Source: Gracilinanus agilis (Eukaryota). From it: a DNA stretch of 64,000 nt. Every line of letters starts with the position of its first letter. Within the stretch, counting starts at the first letter, position 1. Below are positions 56,001 to 64,000 of this stretch, piece by piece. The notes beneath the pieces are model-generated. The model was given only the letters and a program-made list of their open reading frames with translations, had not been told where the DNA came from and ran no database searches. The stretch covers positions 71,458,421 through 71,522,420 of the forward strand of contig NC_058132.1 of assembly GCF_016433145.1 (NCBI RefSeq), written 5' to 3'. The translations under genes and the position numbers were made by a program.

Positions 56001-56295
56001 TCCTCTGCGGGCCCTCGGAGCTCTTGGGGTCCCCGTCTCACCGGGCCAGGCCCCCCGACATCGTCAGCCCCAGCACAGCCAGGAGGGGGACGCCCCCCCT
56101 TGGGATCCCCTCAACGGCCCCAGGGCCAGAGACTCCCAGCCAGGGCCCCGGGCCTCCCCCCACGTGGCCCTTCTGTCCTCACAGGACCGGGTGCAGGCGG
56201 ACGACCTGGTGAAGATGCTCTTCAGCCCCGAAGAAGCGGAGCTGCCCAGGGAGCCGCCCGCCGAGGCCACGGCCGGGCCCAGGGACGAGCTGTGA
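40515..56295 (+). CDS. P3H1: Prolyl 3-hydroxylase 1 (leprecan), 15 exons, 731 aa
   Basis: The exons sum to 2196 nt. The protein has a signal peptide, four CXXXC motifs (CRSQC, CLRGC, CRALC, CKQSC), the 2OG-Fe(II) dioxygenase residues H-A-D, NPHG and GQR, and a C-terminal RDEL. Confidence 0.98.
43085..43292 (-). mobile_element. SINE-1-type copy in P3H1 intron 1
   Basis: Core and tail are recognisable. Confidence 0.8.
43686..43838 (+). CDS. P3H1: P3H1 exon 2
   Basis: ttccag|INKLEKAV...AKPHM|gtgaaa; 153 nt. Confidence 0.95.
44633..44822 (+). CDS. P3H1: P3H1 exon 3
   Basis: cttcctcaag|HEFRLGV...FQSIT|gtatgc; 190 nt. Confidence 0.95.
45196..45327 (+). CDS. P3H1: P3H1 exon 4
   Basis: tttcag|DHYIQVL...QFAYYN|gtaaga; 132 nt. 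Confidence 0.95.
45972..46164 (+). mobile_element. SINE-1-type copy with TSD
   Basis: 11-bp TSD aagaaactcgg at 45961-45971 and 46165-46175. Confidence 0.88.
46530..47420 (-). mobile_element. L2 fragments in P3H1 intron 4
   Basis: ttattaagcacttaccatatgcgaggtactgt L2 3' end plus purine-rich body. Confidence 0.6.
47714..47860. repeat. Perfect 57-bp inverted repeat with a 33-nt spacer
   Basis: 47714-47770 is the exact reverse complement of 47804-47860. The ORF track shows the same peptide (EAGTHLASCEIAAGRPVL) on both strands. Confidence 0.97.
48534..48673 (+). CDS. P3H1: P3H1 exon 5
   Basis: ttttcag|GNYTQAIEC...LSPRE|gtgagt; 140 nt. Confidence 0.95.
50565..50765 (-). mobile_element. SINE-1-type copy
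   Basis: Full length; flanked by a repeated agctaataattt. Confidence 0.85.
51503..51686 (-). mobile_element. Very young SINE-1-type copy with TSD
   Basis: TSD ctagaacagattctt at 51488-51502 and 51686-51700. Confidence 0.92.
52973..53062 (+). CDS. P3H1: P3H1 exon 6
   Basis: cctcag|NARAYRHRSLLEKELLFFAYDVFGIPFVDP|gtaagt; 90 nt. Confidence 0.95.
53105..53209 (+). repeat. G-rich minisatellite, 5 copies of about 21 bp (G5-7 AGCCCAGGCTGAGAA)
   Basis: Read directly in P3H1 intron 6. Confidence 0.92.
53329..53381 (+). CDS. P3H1: P3H1 exon 7
   Basis: ttgtag|DAWTPEEVIPKRLQEKQK|gtgagt; 53 nt. Confidence 0.95.
53519..53640 (+). CDS. P3H1: P3H1 exon 8
   Basis: gacag|TERETAVRISQEIG...LLARE|gtgaga; 122 nt. 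Confidence 0.95.
54026..54153 (+). CDS. P3H1: P3H1 exon 9
   Basis: ctgcag|GGPLLYEG...QRLTN|gtgagt; 128 nt. Confidence 0.95.
54252..54417 (-). mobile_element. GC-shifted SINE-1-type copy in P3H1 intron 9
   Basis: ggggttaagtgactcacccagggtcac...tctgaggccagatttgaacccggg. Confidence 0.75.
54561..54656 (+). CDS. P3H1: P3H1 exon 10
   Basis: ttctag|AAAIAGDGY...FKALK|gtgagt; 96 nt. Confidence 0.95.
54863..55013 (+). CDS. P3H1: P3H1 exon 11
   Basis: ctcag|LGQEGKVP...CRTAIE|gtaggc; 151 nt. Confidence 0.95.
55020..55196. repeat. Polypyrimidine (CCTT/CTT) tract filling most of P3H1 intron 11
   Basis: About 175 nt of almost pure C/T. Confidence 0.9.
55250..55367 (+). CDS. P3H1: P3H1 exon 12 (HxD iron ligands)
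   Basis: ttccag|...SHPVHADNC...FRDY|gtatag; 118 nt. Confidence 0.95.
55438..55513 (+). CDS. P3H1: P3H1 exon 13
   Basis: tttccag|SAILYLNGDFDGGNFYF...KTVT|gtgagt; 76 nt; the preceding intron is only 70 nt. Confidence 0.95.
55748..55888 (+). CDS. P3H1: P3H1 exon 14 (distal His and 2OG-binding Arg)
   Basis: ctccag|AEVQPQC...NPHG...GQRC...HSER|gtgagt; 141 nt. Confidence 0.95.
56185..56295 (+). CDS. P3H1: P3H1 exon 15 coding part
   Basis: tcacag|DRVQADDLVKMLFSPEE...GPRDEL*. Confidence 0.95.
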   Translation, partial: DRVQADDLVKMLFSPEEAELPREPPAEATAGPRDEL

Positions 56296-56517
56296 CGGTG
56301 CAGGGAAGGAGGCCGTCCTGGCCCCCCGGAGCCTCGGCGCAGGGACTGTGGGGCACGTGGGCCGCCGCCCCGTCCCTTCTGCAGAGCCGGTGATGGACAC
56401 GAGGCCCTCCTTGGTGCTACTGAAGGGCCGGCCTGCTGCTCCTCCCTCGGGGGCCTCCTCCTGGGCGCAGGCCGGGCCGTGAAGCTGCGGGGTTTGGTGC
56501 TGGCCTGGACCCCAAGG

Positions 56518-56523
56518 AATAAA
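56518..56523 (+). terminator. P3H1 polyadenylation signal
   Basis: AATAAA about 220 nt after the stop codon. Confidence 0.75.
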
Positions 56524-57249
56524 GGCTCTTTTCTAGCCACGCCTCCTCTGCCGCCCATCCCGCCTCGGCCCGCCCCGACAGTCTCCTGATCCCGGCCGGG
56601 CCTGAGCTTCCCTCCCTGCTGTGGGCATCGCTGGAGTCCCCGGAGCCTCCCCAAAGCGGGCCGAGAGGCCACGCTGCTTCTGCCGCCGGCCCGCCCATTG
56701 GGCCGCCCCTTCCCTCCTACCCTAAGCCAGGGCGGGTACCTCGGCCCTGCCGGGGAGGCGCACTCAGGAGCAGCTGCCCACGGTGCTCCCGTAGGGGCCC
56801 CCAGACGCCTCGGGGCCTGCAAGGCGTCCACGTGGCCGAGGGGAAGAGAAGCTTTCCCAGCAGACACTGACCGCCGACATGGGGGAGCGCTTGGCTGTGG
56901 TGGGGAGCCACAGCCAGCAGTGGCAGCTTCCATCAGAGCAGTCTGAGCAAGGGGAGCTGTCTGTCTGTCTGTCTGTCTGTCTGTTAATGAGGTTGCCGTT
57001 CAGGCAGAGAGGGAGGCAAGCTCAATCCTCATTTGTTTGTCGATCATTCTTTGGAGAAGGATAATCGCTGTTCGGGTGTATAGAGTCTTCTCACAACCCT
57101 GTGTAGGGCAACTATTATACCCACTTTATAGGTGAGGAAACTGAGGCTTATCAAGATTACGGCTCCACCGAGCCACCTGGCTGATATCAGCTAAAAAGCA
57201 ATTCCCCTGGGTTACACATGTATTATCACTCAATACCTATTTCCATATT

Positions 57250-58545
57250 ATTTAATTTTGTAATAATCTTTTAAAACCCAAACCCTAAATGTTTGATTGT
57301 TTCTTGATGTCTCATGGAGTCATTAGCTTCCACTTGCCCAATTCTTATTTTTAAGACATGATTTTCTTGATTGAGTTTTTGTACCTCCTTTTCTTTGGCC
57401 AATTCTACATTGTAAAAAGTTCTTTTCCTCAGTGAATTTTTGTATCTCTTTTCCATAGGGCCAATTATGCCTCACAAGAAATTTTTTTTTAATCTTCAGT
57501 GAATTTTTGTACCTCTTTTTCCATTTGGTCAAGTCTGCTTTCTAAGGAGTTCTTCTCTTTGGGTTTTTGTATCCTTTTTTACCAGCTGTCCTATTCTGGT
57601 TCTTAAGGTATTGATTTCTTCAGAATTTTTTTGTGCCTCCTTTACTGAGTTGTTGATTTTTTCATGATTTTCCTGCATCACTCTCATTTCTTTTCCTAGT
57701 TTTCTTCCTCCTGTCTTATTTGATTTTTAAAATCTCTTTTGAGATACTCCATTAACTTTTTGGGATTGAGAGCAATTCCTGTTTTTCTTGGAGGCTTTGG
57801 ATGCATCAGAATTTGTTTTGTCTTCTGTGTTTGTATTTTGATCTTCTCTGTCACCAAAATAACTTTCTATGTTGAATTTCTTTTTGTTGTTGTTGCTTGC
57901 TCATTTTCCTGCCTTTTCCTTTTCATTTAAAAAATGTTAAAGTTGGTGAAGGGAGCCCTGTTCCAAGCTTCAGGTTCTTTGCGCAGCTGCCTTCAGAAGT
58001 AGCTCTGGGGGTGGGGGTGAGGGGTGGGCTATCTGCCTTCAGTTCTTTGGTATGATGGAAGGTGAAATGTTTTTAATACTCTCCAGGCCTGTGCTCTGGT
58101 CTGCAAGTAACCCCAAGCACTCTTTTAGCCCTTGGCACAGTGACCCCACGACTGCTCCTCCTCACCCTGTGACTGAGCCCCAGGACTAAGACCTGGCTCC
58201 ATGGGGCCCTGTGACAAGAGTCTTGTACCCAAAGCCAGCAAATGGGCCCCTATAATCTCCTTCTGAGCAACTGTCTGACCCCCCCCCCCTTACCATCTGT
58301 GGCTGAGAGTTCCCGATGTCTCTGCTGCTGCTTCAGCTGTTGTGGGGCCTGCCCTGGCGTACTGCTCTCTGTTGTGCCAGCCTTCTGAATTGTTTTGTGC
58401 TAGAAAATTCCTTCCCCTTGTCTTCTTGTGGGTGATGCTGCACCTGATTTTGTTCTAAGGCATTATATCAGGTTTTTTCCAAGGGTAATTTTTTGGAGAT
58501 CAGACAAGGATCTTCTCTGCCATCTTCACTCCACCTTCCATCATC
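57250..58545 (-). mobile_element. Decayed L1 5' portion (5'UTR and ORF1 coiled coil)
   Basis: The minus strand encodes NQENHVLKIRIGQVEANDSMRHQETIK, with tandem cagtgaatttttgtacctctttttcca repeats. Confidence 0.75.
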
Positions 58546-58624
58546 ATTATTACTAGCTATTACACTGAAAACTTCTAGGAGTATACCTTTTAATTTTTTA
58601 AAAACATTTTATTTTTTCCCCAAT

Positions 58625-58832
58625 AACATGTAAAAACAATTTTTTTAAAACCCTTACTTTCTGTCTTAAAATCTATACTGAGTTCCAAGGCAGAAGAATG
58701 GTAAGGGCGAGGCCATTGGGAATAAGTGATTTGCCTAGGGTCTCACAGCTAGGGAGTGTCTGAATCCAGATTGAACTAAGGACCTTTCCTCTCCAGGCCT
58801 GACTTTCTATCCACTGAACGCCCAGCTGTCCC
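58625..58832 (-). mobile_element. SINE-1-type copy
   Basis: Core and tail are recognisable. Confidence 0.75.
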
Positions 58833-58964
58833 ATAAATACAGTTTTAAACATTTTTCAAATTTTTGAGTTCCAAATTTTCTCCCTCCCTCCTCTCTTCTT
58901 CTCTCCCTGAGATAGTAAGCAATCCAATGTAGATTTTACATGCACATTCATGTCAACTATTATT

Positions 58965-59146
58965 ATTATTTTTAAACTCTTAACTTCTGCATATTGGCTC
59001 CTTGGTGGAATAGTGGTAAGGGTGGGCAATGGGGGTCAAGTGACTTGCCCAGGGTCACACAGCTGGGAAATATCTGAGGCCAGATTTGAACCTAGGACCT
59101 CCCGTCTCTAGGCCTGACTCAATCCACTGAGCTACTCAGCTGCCCC
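58965..59146 (-). mobile_element. SINE-1-type copy
   Basis: Near full length with little divergence. Confidence 0.85.
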
Positions 59147-59419
59147 TCTAAATATTATTATTTTTAACAAAACTCTAGCATTTGTTTGGGTTGGTAGAAC
59201 ATTTTACTTTTCAAAATGCTTTCATTCCCATTACCTTTTGATCCTGGAAATGTGCTTGAGGCATAATTTCCAGCTGAGCAGCCTAGGCTGGGGAGAGAAG
59301 AGATTCTAGATTAGAACTCACCTCCTAACTCCCTAACTCTAGGTCCTGAGTTCTTACCGTGACCCTGGCCTAGATTCAGCATTGAGGGTGTCCTAAAGAA
59401 AAGAATTAGATGGTGAAGA

Positions 59420-59604
59420 ATGTAAGGCATGGAGTCAGGAAGACCTAAATTCAAATTTGGCCTCAGATACTTACTAGGCAAGCCTCAGTTTCCTCTTCTG
59501 TAAAACAAGCTGGAGAAAGAAATGGCAAACCCTCTGGTATCTTAGCCAAGAAAACACCAAAGGGGGTCCCAAAGAGTTGCAGGACAGAAACTGAACAACA
59601 AAGA
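59420..59604 (+). mobile_element. MAR1-type SINE, internally deleted
   Basis: gagaaagaaatggcaaaccctctggtatcttagccaagaaa tail. Confidence 0.7.
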
Positions 59605-59609
59605 CAGTT

Positions 59610-61640
59610 CAAGATAGAGCCAAGAAAGTAGAGAAAGGAAGCTTTGTTATGAGTGCCTGTCTGCAAACTCCTCTAAGCCAAACAAGAAAATGCCCTTAAT
59701 CAAACCCTGATGGGGAAATCCCCCCAAAGCCACAGGGAGCCCTTGGTGCAGCCCACCTTGGCAAGGGGAGACAGACAAGGAGATCTGCAGATATTGGGGA
59801 CAGGGTTGAGGTGGAAGTATGCCACACAGACCACTCCAGCATTCAGGGAGAGGCCAGGCACCAGGGCTAGTGGAGACTTTAGAGCATCTGCTGTCTGCTG
59901 TCATGGGGAAAGGTGTGAACTAGCGGCTTTCTTGTCACTTCCTCCCTGGTTCTGGATCCCAGATCCAGAGCAGAATGAAAAGGGGCTAGAGAGACCCTGT
60001 GAGGTATATGGAGAAAGAAGGAAGCAGCAGTGTGACCCCAACTTCAGGCACAGAGCAGGTTTGAGGCATCTAGCCTAAGCTAGGAAAATAACAAAAGCAG
60101 GAATCTTACATCAAAGGGATCCCTACAACTCTGCCACTGAACCAGTGATACCTTCCCCTTGGTCAATAGGCTCAGAGTCCAGCAGAGTCTCAGACCGAAA
60201 CCCAAGTCAATAACTTGCAGAGATCAAACTGGCAGGGAGGGGTGAGATGGGAGACCACTAGAAAGCAGCAATCAGATTTTGCCCTGGGTCACACCACTTT
60301 GGGTCTGAAAGCTTGCAATCCCCCTGTCTTAGATCCCACAATAACAACACTCAATACTACAAGAAAAGAGCAACAGGACTAACCCAGATCTTCCCACCAG
60401 AAGTACTCCCAGCCCTAACAGTAGCCTTGGCAAAGGTTTTCAAGTTTGCATGCCCAAACTATCTTCAAGCTGCTTGTGAGCACCGCCACCCCCCCCCCAA
60501 TATTACTGCAGAGTGGATGGAGGAGGTGCTCACTTTGTGCAGCTAGACAGAGGAGTGGAGTAAGCAAAAAATGTCTTTGGGTGCTCATAAGAGGGGGAAT
60601 GGAGCAGCCCCCCTCCCTGTGCCAGCTGGGCACACATGCCAGTACTTTACCAGTGCTGCCTAACAGCAAGTCTGATTTCAGAAAGTAGTCTGGAAGAATG
60701 AGCAAACTATTCCAGAGAAAGAACTATTGGAGTTGGATGGATGCAGATCAAAGCATACTATCTTTCACATCAGCGTATTCATAATTTTATTTTGGGGTTT
60801 TGGTTTTGTAGGAGTTGACTCTTACAACAAGGACCAAGTGGAAGTGTTTGCATGATAATAAAAAAAATGGGCAAACCAAAAATGTATTCCATCAAAAGGA
60901 GCTATTGTGGTATCCAGGATGCTCAGACAAAACCACAGAAGGGAATGACCCTAAAATGTCTGCAAACAGGCAGCTGGGTGGCTCAGTGCATTGAGAGCCA
61001 GGCCTAGAGACGGGAGGTCCTAGGTTCAAATCCGGCCTCAGACACTTCCCAGTTGTGTGACCTTGGGCAAGTCACTTGACCCCCATTGCCTACCCTTACC
61101 AACTCTTCCACCTATAAGTCAATACACAGAAGTTAAGGGTTTAAAATAAAAAATAAATAAATAAATAAAAATAAAATGTCTCGGGGGCAGCTGGGTAGCT
61201 CAGTGGAGTGAGAGTCAGGCCTAGAGACAGGAGGTCCTAGGTTCAAACCCGGCCTCAGCCACTTCCCAGCTGTGTGACCCCTGGGCAAGTCACTTGACCC
61301 CCATTGCCCACCCTTACCAATCTTCCACCTATGAGACAATACACCGAAGTACAAGGGTTTAATAAAATAAATAAATAAATAAATAAAGTGTCTGCAAGCA
61401 AAGCCTCAGAGTAAAAGTCAGTGAGGGCACAATTCCTAGAAGAGATGAAGCAAGAGTTTTTTGTTTTGTTTTGTTTTTCAAACTTTAAAATTTGTTTTAG
61501 AAATGGAATAAGAGCACTTGAGAGGGGGAAATGGGGAAAAAATGAGAACTATGGACGGAAGAATTAGAAAGGAAATTAATACCTTGGCCTAAGAGGTATA
61601 AAACCTTGCCCAAGAAACAAACTCTCTGAAAATAAGAATG
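59610..61640 (+). mobile_element. Older L1 5'UTR and ORF1 start, with a nested L1 3' fragment (about 60708-60868) and two SINEs
   Basis: The ORF1-like sequence atgagcaaac...aaagcctcagagtaaaag...ctagaagagatgaagcaagag rejoins across the insertions. aatgagcaaac/aatgggcaaac flank the inner L1 piece. Confidence 0.55.
60968..61386 (+). mobile_element. Head-to-tail pair of young SINE-1-type copies (60968-61180 and 61183-61386)
   Basis: Two full bodies with (AAAT)n tails and different subfamily 3' ends. Confidence 0.92.
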
Positions 61641-61642
61641 GA

Positions 61643-61845
61643 GGGGACAGCTGAATGGTTCAGTGGATTGAGAGCCAGACCTAGAGATGAGAGGTCCTCA
61701 GTTCAAATCTGGCCTCAGACCCTGCCTAACTGTGTGACCCTGGGCAAGTCACTTAACCTCCATTGCCTACCCTTACCACTCTTCTGCCTTGGAACCAATA
61801 CACAGTAGTGATTCCAAGATGGAAGGTAAGGGTTTAAAAAAAAAC
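61643..61845 (+). mobile_element. SINE-1-type copy
   Basis: Full length with an A tail. Confidence 0.85.
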
Positions 61846-61849
61846 ATCA

Positions 61850-64000
61850 AGGAAGGACTGAAGTTTAAGAGAGTACCCCAACTTCCCAGAAAACAGAGCC
61901 TACCTATAATTAGATAGGGAAAATGAGCAAATAACAACAACAAAAAAGCACCTAACTAAAGAATTTTTATGGAGACAAAGAGCAAGGCACAGACACCGAA
62001 TGAGAGAGTAAAAGCAAAGGAAACACATACAAAATCCAAACAAAAATATGGATTGGACACAGAGTCTGAAAGAGCTCAAAAAAAGACTTCAAAAACCAGT
62101 TAAGAGAGGCAGAGGAAAAGTGGGGAAGAGAAATAAAAAAGATGCAAGAAGGAATGAACGTGACATAAAGAGAAAAGAAAGTAATGCAAGAAGAAATGAA
62201 AGTGATAGAAGAAGAAATGGGCCAATTGAAAAAGAATCAAAAACTGACAGAGGAAAATCAGGTCTTAAAAATCAGAATTGACTATATAGAAACTAATGAT
62301 TTCATGAGAAAACAAGAAACAATAAAGCAGAATCAAAGGAATGAAAAAACAGGACAGTATAAAATATCTTGTTGAAAAAACAACAGACCTAGAAAATAGA
62401 TCTAGGAGAGACAAGACAAGAGACTTGAGAATTATTGGACTACCTGAAAGCTGTGATGAAGGAAAAACCTTGGACATCATATTAAAAGAAATTATCAACG
62501 ATAACTGCCCAGAGATCCTCGAAGAAGACAATAAAATTGAAAGTGAAAGAATTCACAGATAGCCTCCAGAAAGAAAACCTCAATTGACAACTTCTAGGAA
62601 TGTAATAGATAAATTTTTTTTCAAAATTTTTTAAACCCTTACCTTCCACCTTGGAGTCAATACTGTGTATTGGCTCCAAGGCAGAAGAGTGCTAAGGGTA
62701 GGCAATTGGGGTCAAGTGATTTGCCCAGAGTCACACAACTGGGAAGTGCCTGAGGTCAGATTTGAACCTAGGACATCCCGTCTGTAGGCCTGGCTCTTAA
62801 TCCATTGAGCTACCCAGTTGCCCCCTGTAATAGATAAATTTAAGAGCCACCGAGCCAAGGAAAAAATACTTCAAGCAGCCAGAAAGAAACCATTCAAATA
62901 CTATGGAACTGCAATCAAAATCATACAGGATCTAGTGGTTTCTACATTAAAGGATCAAAAGGCATGGAAAATGATATTCAGGAAGGCAAAAGATTTGGGT
63001 TTACAACCCAAAGTCAACTATCCAGCAAAACTGAGTATATTTTTTCATGGGGAAAAATGGTCATTCAATAAGATAGAAGATTTTCAAGCATTCCTGAGGA
63101 ATAAACCAGACCTAAACAAAAGATTTGAAGTCCAAACACAAGACACAAGAGAAGCCCAAAAAGGTAAATAAAAAAAGCGAAAATTGAAGGGACTCATTAA
63201 GGTTAAAATGTTTACATGTCTTTATGGAAAGAAGATTTCTGTAAATCTCAAAAATTACTCTTAGTAGTAGAGAAGATAGAAGGAATTTACTCAGAAAGAG
63301 AGTGAAGTAAACTGATTATGATGATATGATGTATATGTAAATGCGATGATATGGAATGATATGTATGTCTCATATGACATGTATGCATATGAATGACATG
63401 TAAAAAATCAATTGAGGGCTGAAAGAGGGTTGCACTGAGAGAAAAGGGAAGAGAGATAGAATGGGGTGAATTATGTAACATAAAGAGGCATGAAAAACCA
63501 TAGAGAGGGGAGGATAAGGGTGGTGATGGGCAATGCTTAAACTTTACTCTCATTGTAACTGACTCAGGGAAAAACGAATATACTCATTGGGGTATAGAAT
63601 TCTATCACTCTACAGAGAAGTAGAAGGGGAAAAAGACAAGGGAAGGGAGTGGCAATTGAAAAGAGGGGGAAGAGGTGGTGGTGACAAAAAGTAAAATACT
63701 GGTGAGGAGGAACAGAGTGAAAGAGAATAGAGCAGGATCTAAAGGGGGTAATATGATGAAGGGCAATACACAATAACCATAGTATTGAATGTGAATGGGA
63801 TGAACTCATCCATTAAATGGAAGTAGATAGCAGATTGGATTAAAACCCAGAATTTTTATATATTGTTTACAAGAAACACATCTGAAGCAGAGTGACACAC
63901 ACAGATTCAAGGCAAAAGGCTGGAGCAGAATTTATTATGCATCATCTAAAGTAAAAAAATCAGGAGTAGCAATCATGATACCAGACAAAGCCAAAGTAGA
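61850..64000 (+). mobile_element. Inactive L1: ORF1 (about 61923-63171), spacer, and ORF2 endonuclease start (from about 63770), running off the window
   Basis: ORF1 motifs LENRSRR.NLRIIGLPES and QPKVNYPAKLSI; ORF2 motifs LNVNGMNS, LQETHL and KKSGVAI; multiple stops and frameshifts. Confidence 0.9.
62617..62825 (-). mobile_element. SINE-1-type copy inserted into L1 ORF1
   Basis: 16-bp TSD tgtaatagataaattt at 62601-62616 and 62826-62841. Confidence 0.92.

Noticed and set aside
52731-56933. Many long ORFs (150-290 aa) on both strands over the 3' half of P3H1
   Set aside because: Stops are depleted in very GC-rich DNA, and the recognisable parts are the P3H1 exons already called.
57395-57530. 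Spaced direct repeats resembling a CRISPR-like array
   Set aside because: They are coiled-coil heptad duplications within antisense L1 ORF1 in a mammalian genome.
60968-61386. tRNA genes suggested by A/B-box-like motifs (ggttcaaatcc)
   Set aside because: These are the tRNA-derived heads of SINEs, with no cloverleaf.
57050-64000. Expected downstream neighbour CLDN19
   Set aside because: No claudin-like exon is visible; the region is L1 and SINE sequence, so the gene presumably lies beyond the window.

Overview
Eukaryotic, intron-rich mammalian DNA. The SINE-1-type and MAR1 SINEs, together with L1, L2, L3/CR1, MIR and RTE fossils, point to a marsupial, most likely a didelphid opossum (inference from repeat content). 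I reconstructed four genes by hand with frame-consistent GT-AG junctions, in the order known from human 1p34.2: SVBP (+, 2 coding exons, 66 aa), TMEM269 (-, 5 coding exons, 254 aa from ATG 19012), C1orf50 (-, 5 exons, 196 aa) and P3H1/LEPRE1 (+, 15 exons, 731 aa, ends in RDEL). C1orf50 and P3H1 share a bidirectional CpG/GC-box promoter. The last 7 kb are nested, decayed L1s and SINEs. Most of the short ORFs in the supplied track are spurious. I saw no tRNA, rRNA or CRISPR. The main unexplained signals are: (1) a perfect 57-bp inverted repeat in P3H1 intron 4 that buries a consensus splice donor on each strand; (2) an 881-bp solo LTR upstream of TMEM269 with a TATA box, ATG and donor in frame with the TMEM269 ORF; (3) TMEM269 carries a CDP-alcohol phosphotransferase motif with all four aspartates replaced; (4) a sharp GC/CpG step inside P3H1 that affects codons, amino acids and old repeats. 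All analysis was manual; repeat family names and comparisons with human proteins come from memory and need database checks.
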